Virus record (IMG/VR): IMGVR_UViG_2531839131_000011
Strand: one strand, 5' to 3'
DNA from: a virus
Lineage: Duplodnaviria; Heunggongvirae; Uroviricota; Caudoviricetes
DNA length: 25,579 nucleotides
Shown piece by piece: positions 1 through 11,055 of this stretch (positions are counted from its first letter, which is position 1; each line of letters starts with the position of its first letter). The position numbers were made by a program, and so were the translations under genes. Under the pieces are notes generated by a model. That model saw only the letters and a program-made list of their open reading frames with translations. It was not told the origin of the DNA and did not search any database.

Positions 1-16
1 CCTCGGTTTACAGGAA
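1..16. other. gix-like recombination site, distal half (window starts at the site centre)
   Basis: cctcggtttacaggaa is the reverse complement of the inner half of the site at 3126-3151, with one mismatch (tgtaaa versus tgcaaa). Confidence 0.6.
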
Positions 17-961
17 ACGGTAAATCAGGCTTCTGGCGCATTACAGAAAAAACAGAACGGCGCAGATATTCCGGGAAAAGATACCTTCACCAAAAATATT
101 GGGGCCTGTCGCGCATATAGCGCATGGCTGAATATTGGTGGCGATAGTCAGGTCTGGACAACTGCGCAATTTATTTCGTGGCTGGAGAGTCAGGGGGCAT
201 TTAACCATCCTTACTGGATGTGCAAAGGCTCATGGGCTTATGCAAATAATAAGGTCATTACAGATACAGGTTGCGGAAATATTTGTCTTGCAGGTGCTGT
301 GGTGGAAGTTATTGGCACCCGCGGCGCAATGACCATACGCGTTACCACGCCGAGCACGTCCAGCGGTGGCGGAATCACTAACGCTCAATTCACTTATATT
401 AATCATGGTGATGCTTACGCTCCTGGCTGGCGACGAGACTACAACACGAAAAACCAGCAGCCTGCATTTGCTTTAGGGCAAACAGGACGCAGGGTCGCAA
501 ATGATAAAGCTGTTGGCTGGAACTGGAATAGCGGCGTTTATGATGCAGATATCAGTGGCGCATCGACATTAATCCTCCACTTTAATATGAATGCGGGGAG
601 TTGCCCTGCTGTACAGTTCCGCGTGAATTACAGAAATGGCGGTATCTTTTATCGTTCAGCGCGTGATGGTTATGGCTTTGAAGCTAACTGGTCAGAGTTT
701 TACACCACAACACGCAAACCCTCTGCGGGAGATGTTGGTGCATATACGCAGGCAGAAGGTAACTCAAGGTTTATTACAGGTATTCGCCTTGGCGGTCTGT
801 CATCTGTTCAGACATGGAATGGTCCTGGCTGGTCTGACAGGTCAGGTTATGTCGTTACTGGTTCAGTTAACGGAAACCGTGATGAATTAATTGATATAAC
901 TCAGGCAAGGCCAATTCAGTATTGCATTAATGGAACGTGGTATAACGCGGGGAGTATTTAA
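2..961 (+). CDS. S': S'v: alternative tail-fibre variable C-terminal domain, promoterless cassette (5' end is the gix crossover, no own start)
   Basis: Frame is open from window position 2. Begins [24 protein letters not shown], homologous to the Sc/Sv junction of the minus-strand S. Ends ...YCINGTWYNAGSI, like the S C-terminus ...[12 protein letters not shown]. The ORF-track start at 218 is internal. Confidence 0.75.
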   Translation, partial: LGLQETVNQASGALQKKQNGADIPGKDTFTKNIGACRAYSAWLNIGGDSQVWTTAQFISWLESQGAFNHPYWMCKGSWAYANNKVITDTGCGNICLAGAVVEVIGTRGAMTIRVTTPSTSSGGGITNAQFTYINHGDAYAPGWRRDYNTKNQQPAFALGQTGRRVANDKAVGWNWNSGVYDADISGASTLILHFNMNAGSCPAVQFRVNYRNGGIFYRSARDGYGFEANWSEFYTTTRKPSAGDVGAYTQAEGNSRFITGIRLGGLSSVQTWNGPGWSDRSGYVVTGSVNGNRDELIDITQARPIQYCINGTWYNAGSI

Positions 962-963
962 TT

Positions 964-1497
964 ATGATGCACTTAAAAAATATTACTGCTGGCAACCCTA
1001 AAACAAAAGAGCAATACCAGCTAACAAAGCAATTTAACATCAAATGGCTTTATTCAGATGATGGAAAAAACTGGTATGAGGAACAAAAGAATTTCCAGCC
1101 AGACACTTTGAAAATGGTCTATGACCATAACGGCGTTATTATTTGTATTGAAAAGGATGTTTCAGCAATTAATCCGGAAGGCGCAAGCGTCGTTGAATTA
1201 CCTGATATTACAGCAAATCGCCGGGCTGATATTTCGGGGAAATGGTTGTTCAAAGATGGCGTAGTGATAAAGCGAACTTATACCGAGGAAGAGCAGAGGC
1301 AACAAGCGGAAAATGAAAAGCAAAGCCTGTTGCAACTTGTCAGGGATAAAACCCAGCTATGGGACTCACAGCTACGGCTGGGCATCATTTCCGACGAGAA
1401 TAAACAAAAATTAACCGAGTGGATGCTCTATGCGCAGAAAGTCGAATCTACAGACCCCTCCAGCCTGCCAGTAACGTTTCCCGAACAACCAGAATGA
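964..1497 (+). CDS. U': U': alternative tail-fibre assembly chaperone (silent orientation)
   Basis: 177 aa, paralogous to the minus-strand U (MMHLKNI.AGN.KT.EQY.LTK... in both). Starts 2 nt after the S'v stop. Confidence 0.8.
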   Translation: MMHLKNITAGNPKTKEQYQLTKQFNIKWLYSDDGKNWYEEQKNFQPDTLKMVYDHNGVIICIEKDVSAINPEGASVVELPDITANRRADISGKWLFKDGVVIKRTYTEEEQRQQAENEKQSLLQLVRDKTQLWDSQLRLGIISDENKQKLTEWMLYAQKVESTDPSSLPVTFPEQPE

Positions 1498-1500
1498 GAG

Positions 1501-1527
1501 AAGGCCCGATATTGGGCCTTAATTTTT
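1501..1527 (+). terminator. Intrinsic terminator between the convergent U' and U genes
   Basis: aaggccc-gatatt-gggcctt hairpin followed by aattttt on the plus strand. On the minus strand the hairpin has no U tract. Confidence 0.5.
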
Positions 1528-2053
1528 ACTCAGGCTTTTGTGGCCATTCGGGATTTGCTGTATCCACACGGCTGACCAGAACGCTGTAGCGTTCCCATGA
1601 CTCCAGTCGTGTGCGTTCCTCATCCGTCGCCATATTCAGCCTGACAGCGCGTTCCAGTGGCTGAATAACGCTTTCAGCTTCAGAAAGCAACGCGCCCTTT
1701 TGTGATTCGGCTTGTTGTTGCTGTTCGTCTGCCGTATAAATCCGTTTAACTACAGCTCCATCCTTAAACATCCACTTTCCTGAATCATCAGCGCGGCGGT
1801 TGGCTGTTATATCGGGAACCTCAACGACGCTAAAACCTTCAGGGTTAAGCGTGGAGGCATCTTTAGTGATGGCGACAATAATATTATTTGCATCGTAAAC
1901 AATCTTTATTGTGTCTGGCTGAAAGTTTTTCACTTCCTCATACCAGTTTTTTTCGTCCTCAGAGTAAAGCCAGATGACTCCGTGCTTCTTTGTTAACTCA
2001 TACTGCTCCAGTGTTTTAGCGTTACCTGCTTTTATGTTCTTTAAGTGCATCAT
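1526..2053 (-). CDS. U: U: tail-fibre assembly chaperone (expressed orientation)
   Basis: 175 aa. ATG at 2053 is 2 nt after the S stop at 2055-2057. Tfa-like sequence. Confidence 0.85.
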   Translation of the reverse strand: MMHLKNIKAGNAKTLEQYELTKKHGVIWLYSEDEKNWYEEVKNFQPDTIKIVYDANNIIVAITKDASTLNPEGFSVVEVPDITANRRADDSGKWMFKDGAVVKRIYTADEQQQQAESQKGALLSEAESVIQPLERAVRLNMATDEERTRLESWERYSVLVSRVDTANPEWPQKPE

Positions 2054-2054
2054 A

Positions 2055-3647
2055 TTAAACGCTCGCTACATTATACCAAGTGCCATTTATATACTTTTGA
2101 ACTGGTCTGTAATAAACCCCCGCTATATTATCGGCAGAATTGGACCCTGTATCCTGAACATTAATACCAGATAATACATGACCTGACGGGCACTGGAAAT
2201 TCCATGTTTGCCAGTTGTTCACACCATAATATTGCTGTGAGCCAAGCCGAACATCTTTTACATATCGGGAATCTAAATTACTGAAATCAGACGGTAATAT
2301 CCGCCCAGTGATACTTATTTCTTTTTTGCTCTGTAACGTACCGTTCTGAAAGCGGAACACATGCACACCATTAGCATAAGCATCCAGCACCCCATCACCA
2401 TTTTGTTTAAACCCAGTATCGTTATCTCCTAAAACTATTGAATTTCCCCCCAGGGCATTAGCCGTTCCAATCCCCAGATTTCCGCTAAAAATGGCATTAA
2501 TACCGAATATTGAGTGAGAACAATAAAACCCTCGCCCATTGTTAAAATCCAGAATGGCTTGTGCGTTCGTGCTTTCTGTCGCGGGATTAGTTGCTCCCCA
2601 CTTATATGTTGTTTGACCGACGGTATAATCCTGAGTTGGAACAATAACCGTTAGCCCTTCTTCAGCAGAAACCCGCACAGGAAAAGCCCTGCCTTCAACG
2701 TAAAAAACGCTGCATACATCATCTTCTTTAAGGCTTGTTACAATGGAGTGGATTGCGCGCTCATTAGTCTGATACGTCGAAAAATAACCTGCCGCATATG
2801 AACCATGATCAGTCCAGCCACCAGGCATTACCATTCCATTGAATTCGCAGTTATTCATTGCGTAATCACCAGTGGCAGATGTGGTCGTTATAATCACTCT
2901 GGAAGCCAGCTCGCCAGTGCTGCCTGTGGAACGCCGGAAAATAACTGGATACCACTTTCCACCAACTGCATTAGACGGCGCATTAAATGCGTACTGCCGC
3001 ATTCCTTTTTTCTTATCCACCTCGCCTTTGCTGTAAACATTAATGTTACTCAGGAAGCGATCCTTATCAGGAATATCCGCGCCGTTCTGGTTTTTTTGTA
3101 ATGCGCCAGAAGCCAGATTTACCGTTTCCTGCAAACCGAGGTTTTGGATAAACAGCGGCTTATTGGGAATATCTGCTCCGTTCCGGTCTTTTGCCAGACG
3201 GGCATTGGCATTATCCATCGCAATTTTCACCGCTTTTGCGGTGGCTGCCAGCGTTTCACTGGGGCTGTCAGTGGCACTGGTTAGCTGAACGAGGCCTTTT
3301 TTGTTCAGGCTGGCATCCCAGATATCCAGATTTTCACGTGCTGTACGCTGTGCTGATGCCCCGGCAATTTTAATTTCGCTGAGGTTATTTTTTATCAGCA
3401 GCGCGTTATTGCTCATAATGGCTTTAATGGACAGTGCAAGCTGGTTTAATTTTGTTTTATCCGGTTGAATACCGGCTTCTTCCAGCGTGTTTAATAACTC
3501 CGCCTGCACAATATTAAACCAGTCCATACCGGGCCATGTGATAGCATTATTCCCGTCACCTTCTGAAAACCAGCGAACGATAGCACTACGCTGGGCGGAT
3601 ACGGGCGGCATGACGGTTACGCCGCTGTCGTTATCAATATAAAACAT
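2055..3647 (-). CDS. S: S: tail fibre protein (constant N-terminal part 3152-3647 fused across gix to variable part 2055-3125)
   Basis: 530 aa. Coiled-coil-like N-terminal part, C-terminal receptor-binding-like domain. The gix site lies in frame within it. Start overlaps the upstream stop (TAATG). Confidence 0.85.
   Translation of the reverse strand: MFYIDNDSGVTVMPPVSAQRSAIVRWFSEGDGNNAITWPGMDWFNIVQAELLNTLEEAGIQPDKTKLNQLALSIKAIMSNNALLIKNNLSEIKIAGASAQRTARENLDIWDASLNKKGLVQLTSATDSPSETLAATAKAVKIAMDNANARLAKDRNGADIPNKPLFIQNLGLQETVNLASGALQKNQNGADIPDKDRFLSNINVYSKGEVDKKKGMRQYAFNAPSNAVGGKWYPVIFRRSTGSTGELASRVIITTTSATGDYAMNNCEFNGMVMPGGWTDHGSYAAGYFSTYQTNERAIHSIVTSLKEDDVCSVFYVEGRAFPVRVSAEEGLTVIVPTQDYTVGQTTYKWGATNPATESTNAQAILDFNNGRGFYCSHSIFGINAIFSGNLGIGTANALGGNSIVLGDNDTGFKQNGDGVLDAYANGVHVFRFQNGTLQSKKEISITGRILPSDFSNLDSRYVKDVRLGSQQYYGVNNWQTWNFQCPSGHVLSGINVQDTGSNSADNIAGVYYRPVQKYINGTWYNVASV
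3126..3151. other. gix-like Gin/Hin-family crossover site inside the S gene
   Basis: ttcctgcaaaccgaggttttggataa: two inverted 12-bp half-sites around a central 2 bp, matching the gix/hix consensus as I recall it. In the S frame it encodes FIQNLGLQE. Confidence 0.7.
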
Positions 3648-4189
3648 TAGTTATCTCCGTCATGGTAAACAAATTTATAAATCTGATGCGCGGGTTTATA
3701 TTTCTCCAGTAAACATTCCAGCGCACCCGATTCATAAACACGTAACGGCGTCAGAACATTATCCAGCACCGTTGCGTTGCGATAATTTTTAATACCGTAA
3801 ATATTGACCTGCGTAACCCACTGGCCTTCTGTGGAATCCGTCAGCCTGACGGTAAAACCGTACTGCGCAGCCAGCCATTCATAAAAGCGCCGACTCAGAT
3901 TGCCGGTCATACGCATTTTATTCGCGGCAGCCCGCCGGCGTTCTGACAGGGTGCCGTTTTCGCTTGTACAGTCCGGCAACCCCAGAAATGATTCCCACTC
4001 ACCCAGATACCAGCGGGATGTGGACGGGAAACGCTCCCGCAGCATTTGCCGCGCATCATCCGCCGCAGTGGCAATCACGTCGCTGATGGCCTGCGCCAGC
4101 GCAGATAATTTGCTGTCGGGGCTTTTATTCCAGGCAAGCCCTGACGGCAGTAATTGCAGAAAGGCCGTCTGCCAGGGTGTTACAGCCAT
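3647..4189 (-). CDS. Baseplate / fibre-attachment protein (Mu gp48-like)
   Basis: 180 aa. ATG at 4189. Sits between the baseplate J-like gene and S. Translationally coupled to S. Confidence 0.55.
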   Translation of the reverse strand: MAVTPWQTAFLQLLPSGLAWNKSPDSKLSALAQAISDVIATAADDARQMLRERFPSTSRWYLGEWESFLGLPDCTSENGTLSERRRAAANKMRMTGNLSRRFYEWLAAQYGFTVRLTDSTEGQWVTQVNIYGIKNYRNATVLDNVLTPLRVYESGALECLLEKYKPAHQIYKFVYHDGDN

Positions 4190-5262
4190 TCAATTGTCCC
4201 CGGTGTTAACAGTTCCGTATTCTCCGAACGCTGGATGTCTGTCGGGAAACGCACTTCAAAATCATCCAGACCGGTAACACCTGCCACCGCACGGATAATA
4301 CGGGAGGGGGCAAGTGCACCGCCCGGCGTCACCTCATTAAAAAACATGGTATTAATGGCGTGAGTAATAGCCTGTTTCAGTTCGGCTGTCTTCGGCGATA
4401 TATAAATCCGTGGATTTACCGGCTTTGCCTTTGGTGCAAATACCGTGACATTTACACCATCAGGCTGTCCGACAATCAGGCCGGTTATCGGGTCAGTATG
4501 ACCGGCGATATAATCCGCCACGCGTTCCACATCTGCCGGTTGTGGAAAAATATTGCTCCGGTTATCCATAACAAACGTCACCCCGACTGTGCCACCGCCT
4601 TTCCATGTCGGAAAAGACCAGGCACGGGTAACGCCGCTGACTTCACGTGCCCAGCGAACATAATCAAACTGATTACCGCCGAACGGAGGATACTGGACAC
4701 GATATTCCAGCCGTGACAGCAGCTCCGCTGCACTCTCAATATCAGCTCCACCGGAAAACCCTTTTACAGTGATGGCATCGGAAACAACACTGGCAACCGG
4801 GGTGATCAACGTTAAAAGGGTATTCTCACCGGTATTTCCTGCCTCACCGGCAGCCAGTGCGGTAACGGTAATTTCCGTCGTTCCTGCACGGTCAATCACA
4901 ATGGCATCAGCCAGGCTGTAAACCACACCATCAGCACGCTGCCAGCGTGTACCGGCAGGAATGGTGGTCGCTGCCGATGTGGTGACAGTCAGCGGGCCGC
5001 TGGCGGCTGTCGCCTGTTTGCGGCGCACGCCCCAGAACCGGCAGTGCTCCAGCAACTCATCTTCATCTGCTGTCGACGGGATAATCTGCCGTCCAACCCA
5101 TGAAATATGCTCGTGAAAACCGGCAGCAAGGCCCGCCTGAGCATAAGCAATGGCACTCAGCGTTTTTTCACGGGCCTGAGGCCAGCTACCCGGCAGGCGC
5201 TGTTCAATATTCTGTTCTGTACGGGCAATCAGCGATGATAATGTCGGTGGTGAATAAGCCAT
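4180..5262 (-). CDS. Baseplate J-like protein (Mu gp47-like)
   Basis: 360 aa. Position and size are typical of a J-like baseplate wedge subunit. ATG at 5262 directly abuts the upstream stop. Confidence 0.65.
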   Translation of the reverse strand: MAYSPPTLSSLIARTEQNIEQRLPGSWPQAREKTLSAIAYAQAGLAAGFHEHISWVGRQIIPSTADEDELLEHCRFWGVRRKQATAASGPLTVTTSAATTIPAGTRWQRADGVVYSLADAIVIDRAGTTEITVTALAAGEAGNTGENTLLTLITPVASVVSDAITVKGFSGGADIESAAELLSRLEYRVQYPPFGGNQFDYVRWAREVSGVTRAWSFPTWKGGGTVGVTFVMDNRSNIFPQPADVERVADYIAGHTDPITGLIVGQPDGVNVTVFAPKAKPVNPRIYISPKTAELKQAITHAINTMFFNEVTPGGALAPSRIIRAVAGVTGLDDFEVRFPTDIQRSENTELLTPGTIEWL

Positions 5263-5700
5263 TTAAACCCCGTTAAATGCTGCTTTAAACTCATAAGGAA
5301 TAACGGAACCATCCGGTAATGTCAGTGCAATGTAGAGGTATAACCAGCCCTGATGTAACTGTTCCGCTCTGACGTTAATCGCACTCACCCGGCCCGCTGT
5401 TTTCAGCCATTCCAGCGCCTCTTCGGCATACCCTCTGGCGCGTTCCAGCGTATCCGGTGTGGCTTTTTCACGTGATAACAGCCACAACCGCGAACCGATG
5501 GGGCGGTCGCGGTAACTGTCACCCCACCATCCACGGCGATCATCTGAACCATCCGGCAGCGTGTCAGAATCCAGCGCGCGCCGGTCGGTAAACAGGGAGA
5601 TTGTCACATCGGTCGTCAGACTGTCGTCGGTCAGCATATCAATGCCATCCTGTGCAATATCGCCGCGTCCGTTCGTCCAGATAATGGCTAAATCGGTCAT
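5263..5700 (-). CDS. Baseplate wedge protein, gp25/gpW-like (Mu gp46-like)
   Basis: 145 aa. ATGA overlap with the upstream gene. Synteny. Confidence 0.6.
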   Translation of the reverse strand: MTDLAIIWTNGRGDIAQDGIDMLTDDSLTTDVTISLFTDRRALDSDTLPDGSDDRRGWWGDSYRDRPIGSRLWLLSREKATPDTLERARGYAEEALEWLKTAGRVSAINVRAEQLHQGWLYLYIALTLPDGSVIPYEFKAAFNGV

Positions 5701-6290
5701 TGCATCGGCCCCGTGGTTCCGCCGCTGTCGCCACGGTGGATATGCTTATCCGTCGATTTGCCATTGATGATGGCATCCGGGGCAGTAATATTGCTGTCGA
5801 ACTGGCTTTTACCTTTAACGCCCAGACCTTTCTGGATCTCAACGTCGCCGGTAAACGTGGTTCTGGGTGTATCAACGGTCATGCTTTCATCAGCGTAAAT
5901 CTCAACCGTTTTACAGGTAATGATGCAGCGCCCGTCCTTTGTCAGCCTGATACGATGCCCCTCGTGGTGGTAAATGCCAGCATCACCCGGTTCAAGATTT
6001 GTCGGGCGGTAGCGGCGGTCTTCCACCACAACGGCAATCCCCTGATCACGTTGTGCACCCACACAGGCAATCAGCGCCTCTGCGCCCGGCAGAGGAACGC
6101 TGAAATGCCCGTAATTTTGCAGGCGCTCTACTTCATCGGATTCCTCATCATCCAGCAGACCGACCTGCAGGTTCTGAACCTTTCGCCCGTCGTTAATCAC
6201 GTTAACAACAGCGCGCGCAAGCATCAGGCGTACACGACGCATCAGCGGTGTCAGCAGGCGGTTCATGGCGGAATCATTTACTCTTTCCAC
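5697..6290 (-). CDS. Baseplate spike / assembly protein V-like (Mu gp45-like)
   Basis: 197 aa. The ORF-track start at 6290 is GTG; an in-frame ATG at 6266 is an alternative. Synteny. Confidence 0.6.
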   Translation of the reverse strand: MERVNDSAMNRLLTPLMRRVRLMLARAVVNVINDGRKVQNLQVGLLDDEESDEVERLQNYGHFSVPLPGAEALIACVGAQRDQGIAVVVEDRRYRPTNLEPGDAGIYHHEGHRIRLTKDGRCIITCKTVEIYADESMTVDTPRTTFTGDVEIQKGLGVKGKSQFDSNITAPDAIINGKSTDKHIHRGDSGGTTGPMQ

Positions 6291-7411
6291 GGCGGCGTTT
6301 TCTCCGGGTGTCTGCGATAATAATCTTCAACCAGCGCATCAACGCCATCATTACCATCCCCTCTGGATTTGCGGTCACTTTCAACCGGCACCAGAAAGCC
6401 TTCGCGTGGCGCAAGGCTGACACGGGTTTTCAGCCCGTCCTGGTCATTCAGTATCAGGTTAACTTTGCTGACCAGTAATTCCGTGGTTTTGATGGCATAT
6501 TTCGAGGCATCAATAGTGACCAGCAGGTTCGGCATCCAGAGTTGCCCGTCCCTGCGAGTCCATCCGTCAATTTCAGCCTCAAAGGTGATGGATTTTGCCA
6601 GTCTGCGGCGTTGCTCACGCAGGGCGCGGGCCTGTGCATCCTTCGCCGTAATTTTGCTGTCGGCAATGATGATCATCGGTCTGTAACGGGTTACATCACT
6701 GTCAGTGGCGGTCCCTTTCCGGGAGACGATACTTTTCGCATCAATATCATCACCCTCAGCGCCGTTTGCGCGGGCATAACCCTTGACAATGTATTCGCTG
6801 AACCGGTCACGGAAATCTTCGTCAAAATCCACCGTCAGCAGATTTTTCCCGAGGATCAGCTCATCAGTGACCGTACTGGCAGCCCGGCTGAATACCAGCT
6901 CTCCGGCGGCATTGCTGGTCATCAGTACACCACGTGCGCGGGAGGCCCGCACCAGCGCTTCATAAACCGTTTCTGAATGGTCAAGCGTAAAAGACGGAAA
7001 CGACGCTGCGCTTTCCTTGTCTGACAGTTCCCAGCGAACGGTGACGCCATAAGGGGCGCACAGGTCCCGTGCAATCTGTTCCAGTGTGCGTTTTTTCCAC
7101 TGTCCGCCACGGTAAACGGCAGCACAGTCAATCAGGTCAGCCGTTTTGTCGCGTCCGGCGACAGTGATTTTCATACTGTCAGCGGTCATCTGGCGTCGCC
7201 GTGAATCGATATAACCGGTGCAGACAATCTGCCCGTCGATTTCGAGCGTGAACTTCTTCCCCGGAGCCAGCCCGGATAAATCCGTGCCCGGTGGCACGTT
7301 CACCCCCAGCTCAAAATATCCGGCTACGGATTCAATCGAGCGGGTGACAGAGACTGACGTCCAGCCGGTAAAAAGCCTGCCATCCGTTCGCAGCGTGACG
7401 GTATTACTCAT
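6278..7411 (-). CDS. Baseplate hub protein (Mu gp44-like)
   Basis: 377 aa. ATG at 7411 overlaps the upstream gene by 8 nt. Synteny. Confidence 0.6.
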   Translation of the reverse strand: MSNTVTLRTDGRLFTGWTSVSVTRSIESVAGYFELGVNVPPGTDLSGLAPGKKFTLEIDGQIVCTGYIDSRRRQMTADSMKITVAGRDKTADLIDCAAVYRGGQWKKRTLEQIARDLCAPYGVTVRWELSDKESAASFPSFTLDHSETVYEALVRASRARGVLMTSNAAGELVFSRAASTVTDELILGKNLLTVDFDEDFRDRFSEYIVKGYARANGAEGDDIDAKSIVSRKGTATDSDVTRYRPMIIIADSKITAKDAQARALREQRRRLAKSITFEAEIDGWTRRDGQLWMPNLLVTIDASKYAIKTTELLVSKVNLILNDQDGLKTRVSLAPREGFLVPVESDRKSRGDGNDGVDALVEDYYRRHPEKTPPWKE

Positions 7412-8891
7412 TAATCACCTCAATACTGACGCCACCGGGAACAAACAACGGGTTGCTGATACCGTTCCTGCGGGCCAGCCGTTGCCAGTTCCGGCTGTTT
7501 CCTGTGTAACGGTACAGGGCCACCATTGCAGGCATCGTCTCCGGCAGGCGGTGCGTTTCACTGCCCGCCAGTTGCAGCCCGCGTTTTTCCAGGTCGGCAA
7601 CAACCAGCAGACGCAGTTGTGTAAGCTGAACGCTGTCTGTCGAAAATCCCTGCTCAGATGCCGTCAGAATGACGGTATCCAGTGCAGCCCCCAGCATGGC
7701 GGCTGTTTTTCCGATATCGGACACACTTTCAAATACCGGGGGCGTGGCTGTACCACTGTCTGAAAAGGATACCTGTGAAAAGCCGCCGTCCGGGGTTATG
7801 GCAGTTAACTGTAACTGTCCCTGTGTGACGGTAGCAGATGTGCTGCTGGCCCCGCTGGCTGTGCCGGTTGTGGTGGACGGGGCATCCAGTACAGGTGCAC
7901 GGGCGGCATTATCCCTCCGGCGACTGAAATCCAGTGCCGCAGTCAGTGCCTGGCTGGCAGCTTCTGCCCGGAATGTCTGCGCCGCTGCCAGCATGACGTA
8001 GTTCAGTGTGGCAATATTTTTTTTTGCAACCGGACTGTTGTACGAGGTTGTGATTGCCCCCTGTCTGCCTGCGGTGTCGGCATGGCGACGTTCGAACCGC
8101 TGCGCCAGACGGTTCCAGGTGGAAAATGCTGTCCGGGTATCGCATAACGATGAAACGCCGGACAGCGCCCCCATCAGCGAGGAGGCCAGCATGGCAGGCT
8201 GGTTAATCAGGCTGGTCACAGAGCCTTTCATCGCAGAAAGCGATCCCATCAGACCGCTGACAGTCTGCGTAACCCCCAGATTGTCCACCGCATCACTGAT
8301 ATCATCGATAACACCGGTTACAGCTTCTATCACGGCGGTTGCCGCCGCAGTGCCATCTTTTACGGTCTGCCAGACAGAGGACAGCGTATCTCCCAGAGAA
8401 CCGGTTACAGCAACGGCCTGTGCCGGTACGACTGCACTGGTGTCTGTCTCTGCGTCCGGGGCAGTATCCTGCAACGACGGATAAACGGTAACGGTGAACG
8501 CGTAATAATTCAGTTCATCCGCTTTAGTGCGGCATTCCCATGAATCCACCATGACGTCCACAGTGCCGAAATCAGGATGTACCAGCTCACCGTTACCCGG
8601 AGCATCAAGAGCATCCATCAGCGCACCCGCTTCATCTCTGGCTGTTTCTGCGTTGCTGTTCAGAATGCAGGCGCTGAATGTACGGGAGCGAAGCTTTTTC
8701 CCCAGGTCATTGACGCCTCCGGTATCACGTAACGGGTACTCGCGTTTAACCAGGCGACGTCCGCCAGCCTGTTTTTGCTCCTCGATGACGAGAAACGGCA
8801 CGTTACGGAACGTGCCTTTGCCGGTTGTTTTCCTGCCTCCACCGGTTTTATCCCGGACAGCATTAACGGCATTTAAAGCATCTTCAAACAT
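7404..8891 (-). CDS. DNA circularization protein N-like (Mu gp43-like)
   Basis: 495 aa. ATG at 8891, 4 nt after the tape-measure stop. Synteny with Mu. Confidence 0.5.
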   Translation of the reverse strand: MFEDALNAVNAVRDKTGGGRKTTGKGTFRNVPFLVIEEQKQAGGRRLVKREYPLRDTGGVNDLGKKLRSRTFSACILNSNAETARDEAGALMDALDAPGNGELVHPDFGTVDVMVDSWECRTKADELNYYAFTVTVYPSLQDTAPDAETDTSAVVPAQAVAVTGSLGDTLSSVWQTVKDGTAAATAVIEAVTGVIDDISDAVDNLGVTQTVSGLMGSLSAMKGSVTSLINQPAMLASSLMGALSGVSSLCDTRTAFSTWNRLAQRFERRHADTAGRQGAITTSYNSPVAKKNIATLNYVMLAAAQTFRAEAASQALTAALDFSRRRDNAARAPVLDAPSTTTGTASGASSTSATVTQGQLQLTAITPDGGFSQVSFSDSGTATPPVFESVSDIGKTAAMLGAALDTVILTASEQGFSTDSVQLTQLRLLVVADLEKRGLQLAGSETHRLPETMPAMVALYRYTGNSRNWQRLARRNGISNPLFVPGGVSIEVINE

Positions 8892-8895
8892 GGTT

Positions 8896-10971
8896 TTACC
8901 AGCCTGTAATGTAGTTATCGCCCGCGTAAATATTCAGCCCCATACCATCCTCGGTGACGCGGGAACTGGTCAGACGTAACCCCTCGCCAAGTTCGACGCG
9001 CAGCGAGGCTTCCGCATTGACTTTTTGTTCCTGCGGTTCCTTATCCGTGACCGTCCATTTCTGATACAGGTCGGTTACAAAACCGCCCAGATACTCCCCG
9101 GCGACACTGCCCAGCGTGGCACCGGCAACCGTACCCAGCGGTCCGGCAAGGCTGCCAACGGCACCGCCGAGCCATGCACCGGCTGTACTGCCAATTGCGC
9201 CTGCTTTTTCATGGGTTGACGCCTGCTCATCCATCAGGACGGGGGCAAGCTGGAGTGCCCCCATTACCGGGCCACCCAGACGTGACAACGCACGACCGGC
9301 ACCTTTCCCCATCCAGCCCAGCGCCCCGGCACCTTTTGTCACAACCCGACCGATCGCACTGCCTGCAAGTTTGTTTCCGATACCGGAAAACCACCCGCCA
9401 GCGGCACGCCCGGCATCAGCCAGCTTTCCGACCGCTCCCGTAACCAGTTGCCCGGCAGCACTGCCTGCAAGCCTGCTCAGAAGACCGGATTTACCGGGTA
9501 AAGGTAATGGTGCAGGCCGTGCCGTTACCGGTACGCCGGGTGGGGGTAATGCCAGAACAGGGCGTGGTGCAGGTAATGCCAGCGGCTGTGGCCCGGACAG
9601 CAATAACGGCTGGCGGGGTAACAGGGGCGTCATGCCTTTGCCTTTCCGGGTGCGACCACCACGGCCACCGCTTCCGTAACCGCCGAACCCGTGAGGCCAG
9701 TTAGTGACAAACACACGCTGAATGCCGATACCCTGCAACAGCGTCTCAGACGTCATGGCATCCGGGACCGGCAGACCTGCCTGCCCACGTTTGCGGTTTC
9801 GCATCCAGCGCCACATACGACGCCCGGTTTTAAACGGATAACTGGCAACCTGCCATGAGGGTTTTGCCACGGCCCAGCCTGCTCTCAGGGCTTTATTGGC
9901 AAGCCAGACAGACACCAGAACAGCAGCCAGTTTTTTCAGGCTGACAATATTCTGGTCAACCCATGCCAGCGCATCTTTACCCGGTTTCAGCCAGCGCCAT
10001 AATTCCTGCGCCGCGATTTTTACCTTTCTGAACGTGGTCAGGAATTTCTGACCAATGTTTTCTGCCAGTGCGTCCAGCTCCCCGGATTTATCCGCCGCAT
10101 CGTGCCAGTTAAGCACCCGGCGCATCTCGTTCTTGATTTCTTCAAAGGGGCCGCTGTTTGCCACCTTCGTGCGAAACTCAAGCAGGTTGCCCTCCATCTG
10201 GGCCATCATCCCGTCCCAGGAGTTCATGGCAGCCGCCTGTGCGCCTTCTGACTGCTCCAGCAGGGTCCGGAATACCGTCAGAATGGCTTTCTTGCCCAGC
10301 TTGCCTTTTTCACCCAGCTTACGGATTTTTTTCTCATCCTTACCCGTTGCATCTGCCAGCACCTTGTAAACGTTGATACCGTAACCGGTCAGCAGGTTGG
10401 CGTCCGCCGCCGTGATTTGCTGGCGGGCAAACATCTGTTTGAACTGTAACGAAGCCCCCTGCGCGGTGGGTAAATCCCAGCCATGCATCGCGCCCTGATT
10501 CTGTAGCATGGTGATGAACTGTTTTACCTGGGCGTCAGTCATGCCAAACGCCGTTGATGTGCGGATTTCCTGCAGAACGCCGCCCAGCCCCCAGGTGGTT
10601 TCTTTTGCGTTCTGCTTCGCCCACGCCATCATGGCCTGTGCTCTGGCCTTATCGCCGTGATACAGCGAGTTCATGGCGATAATCTGCTGCTCACGCTGGG
10701 CGGCGGCACCAATAAACAGTTTATTGGCGGTGTAACCCACGCCAGCGATACCCAGCGCCCCGGCTGACAGCATTCGGAATGTACGGGTTGACAGTGAACC
10801 CATTCTGTCAATGGCACCAGAAACGCGCACAACCTCCATACGCAGGGCACGAAGGGAACTTTGTCCGCTACGGGACAGGGCGTTTATCTGGTTCGAATAC
10901 TCGCGGGAACGCCGGGAAAGATTGCCATTAAGATCAATAATGACAGACGCCTTTAAGCGTTTCCCGGTCAT
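8896..10971 (-). CDS. Tail tape measure protein
   Basis: About 692 aa from ATG 10971 (AGGA 7 nt upstream). N-terminal helical region, Pro-rich repeats, Gly/Ala-rich C-terminal half. The ORF-track start at 11064 adds 31 non-protein-like residues and overlaps a promoter-like motif. Confidence 0.75.
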   Translation of the reverse strand: MTGKRLKASVIIDLNGNLSRRSREYSNQINALSRSGQSSLRALRMEVVRVSGAIDRMGSLSTRTFRMLSAGALGIAGVGYTANKLFIGAAAQREQQIIAMNSLYHGDKARAQAMMAWAKQNAKETTWGLGGVLQEIRTSTAFGMTDAQVKQFITMLQNQGAMHGWDLPTAQGASLQFKQMFARQQITAADANLLTGYGINVYKVLADATGKDEKKIRKLGEKGKLGKKAILTVFRTLLEQSEGAQAAAMNSWDGMMAQMEGNLLEFRTKVANSGPFEEIKNEMRRVLNWHDAADKSGELDALAENIGQKFLTTFRKVKIAAQELWRWLKPGKDALAWVDQNIVSLKKLAAVLVSVWLANKALRAGWAVAKPSWQVASYPFKTGRRMWRWMRNRKRGQAGLPVPDAMTSETLLQGIGIQRVFVTNWPHGFGGYGSGGRGGRTRKGKGMTPLLPRQPLLLSGPQPLALPAPRPVLALPPPGVPVTARPAPLPLPGKSGLLSRLAGSAAGQLVTGAVGKLADAGRAAGGWFSGIGNKLAGSAIGRVVTKGAGALGWMGKGAGRALSRLGGPVMGALQLAPVLMDEQASTHEKAGAIGSTAGAWLGGAVGSLAGPLGTVAGATLGSVAGEYLGGFVTDLYQKWTVTDKEPQEQKVNAEASLRVELGEGLRLTSSRVTEDGMGLNIYAGDNYITGW

Positions 10972-11014
10972 AGAGATTTCCTGATTTAACGGTGATATTG
11001 AGAGAGGGTTTTCG

Positions 11015-11055
11015 CCTGCTGGCAGTGCCGGAAAAAGCGGGACAGCGGGAGAGAC
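11015..11055 (-). promoter_or_regulatory. Candidate late promoter upstream of the tape-measure gene (possible C-dependent P promoter)
   Basis: Minus strand CCCGCTGTCCCGC...GCACTGCC in a 144-bp gap, resembling the elements upstream of lys and I. Confidence 0.3.

Larger units (their letters stand above)
1..3151. other. Invertible G segment (tail-fibre host-range switch), left boundary at or just before window position 1
   Basis: 26-bp gix-like site at 3126-3151 and its inverted half-site at 1-16. Two convergent tail-fibre/assembly cassettes (Sv-U on minus, S'v-U' on plus) lie between them. Confidence 0.75.

Noticed and set aside
218-961. Independent gene starting at the ORF-track ATG 218
   Set aside because: The frame is open from window position 2 and continues homology to the S constant/variable junction. 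It is a promoterless cassette used only after inversion.
9116-9679. 187-aa Pro/Ala-rich plus-strand ORF
   Set aside because: Antisense to the Gly/Ala-rich part of the tape-measure gene. Its composition mirrors the complement of that low-complexity region.
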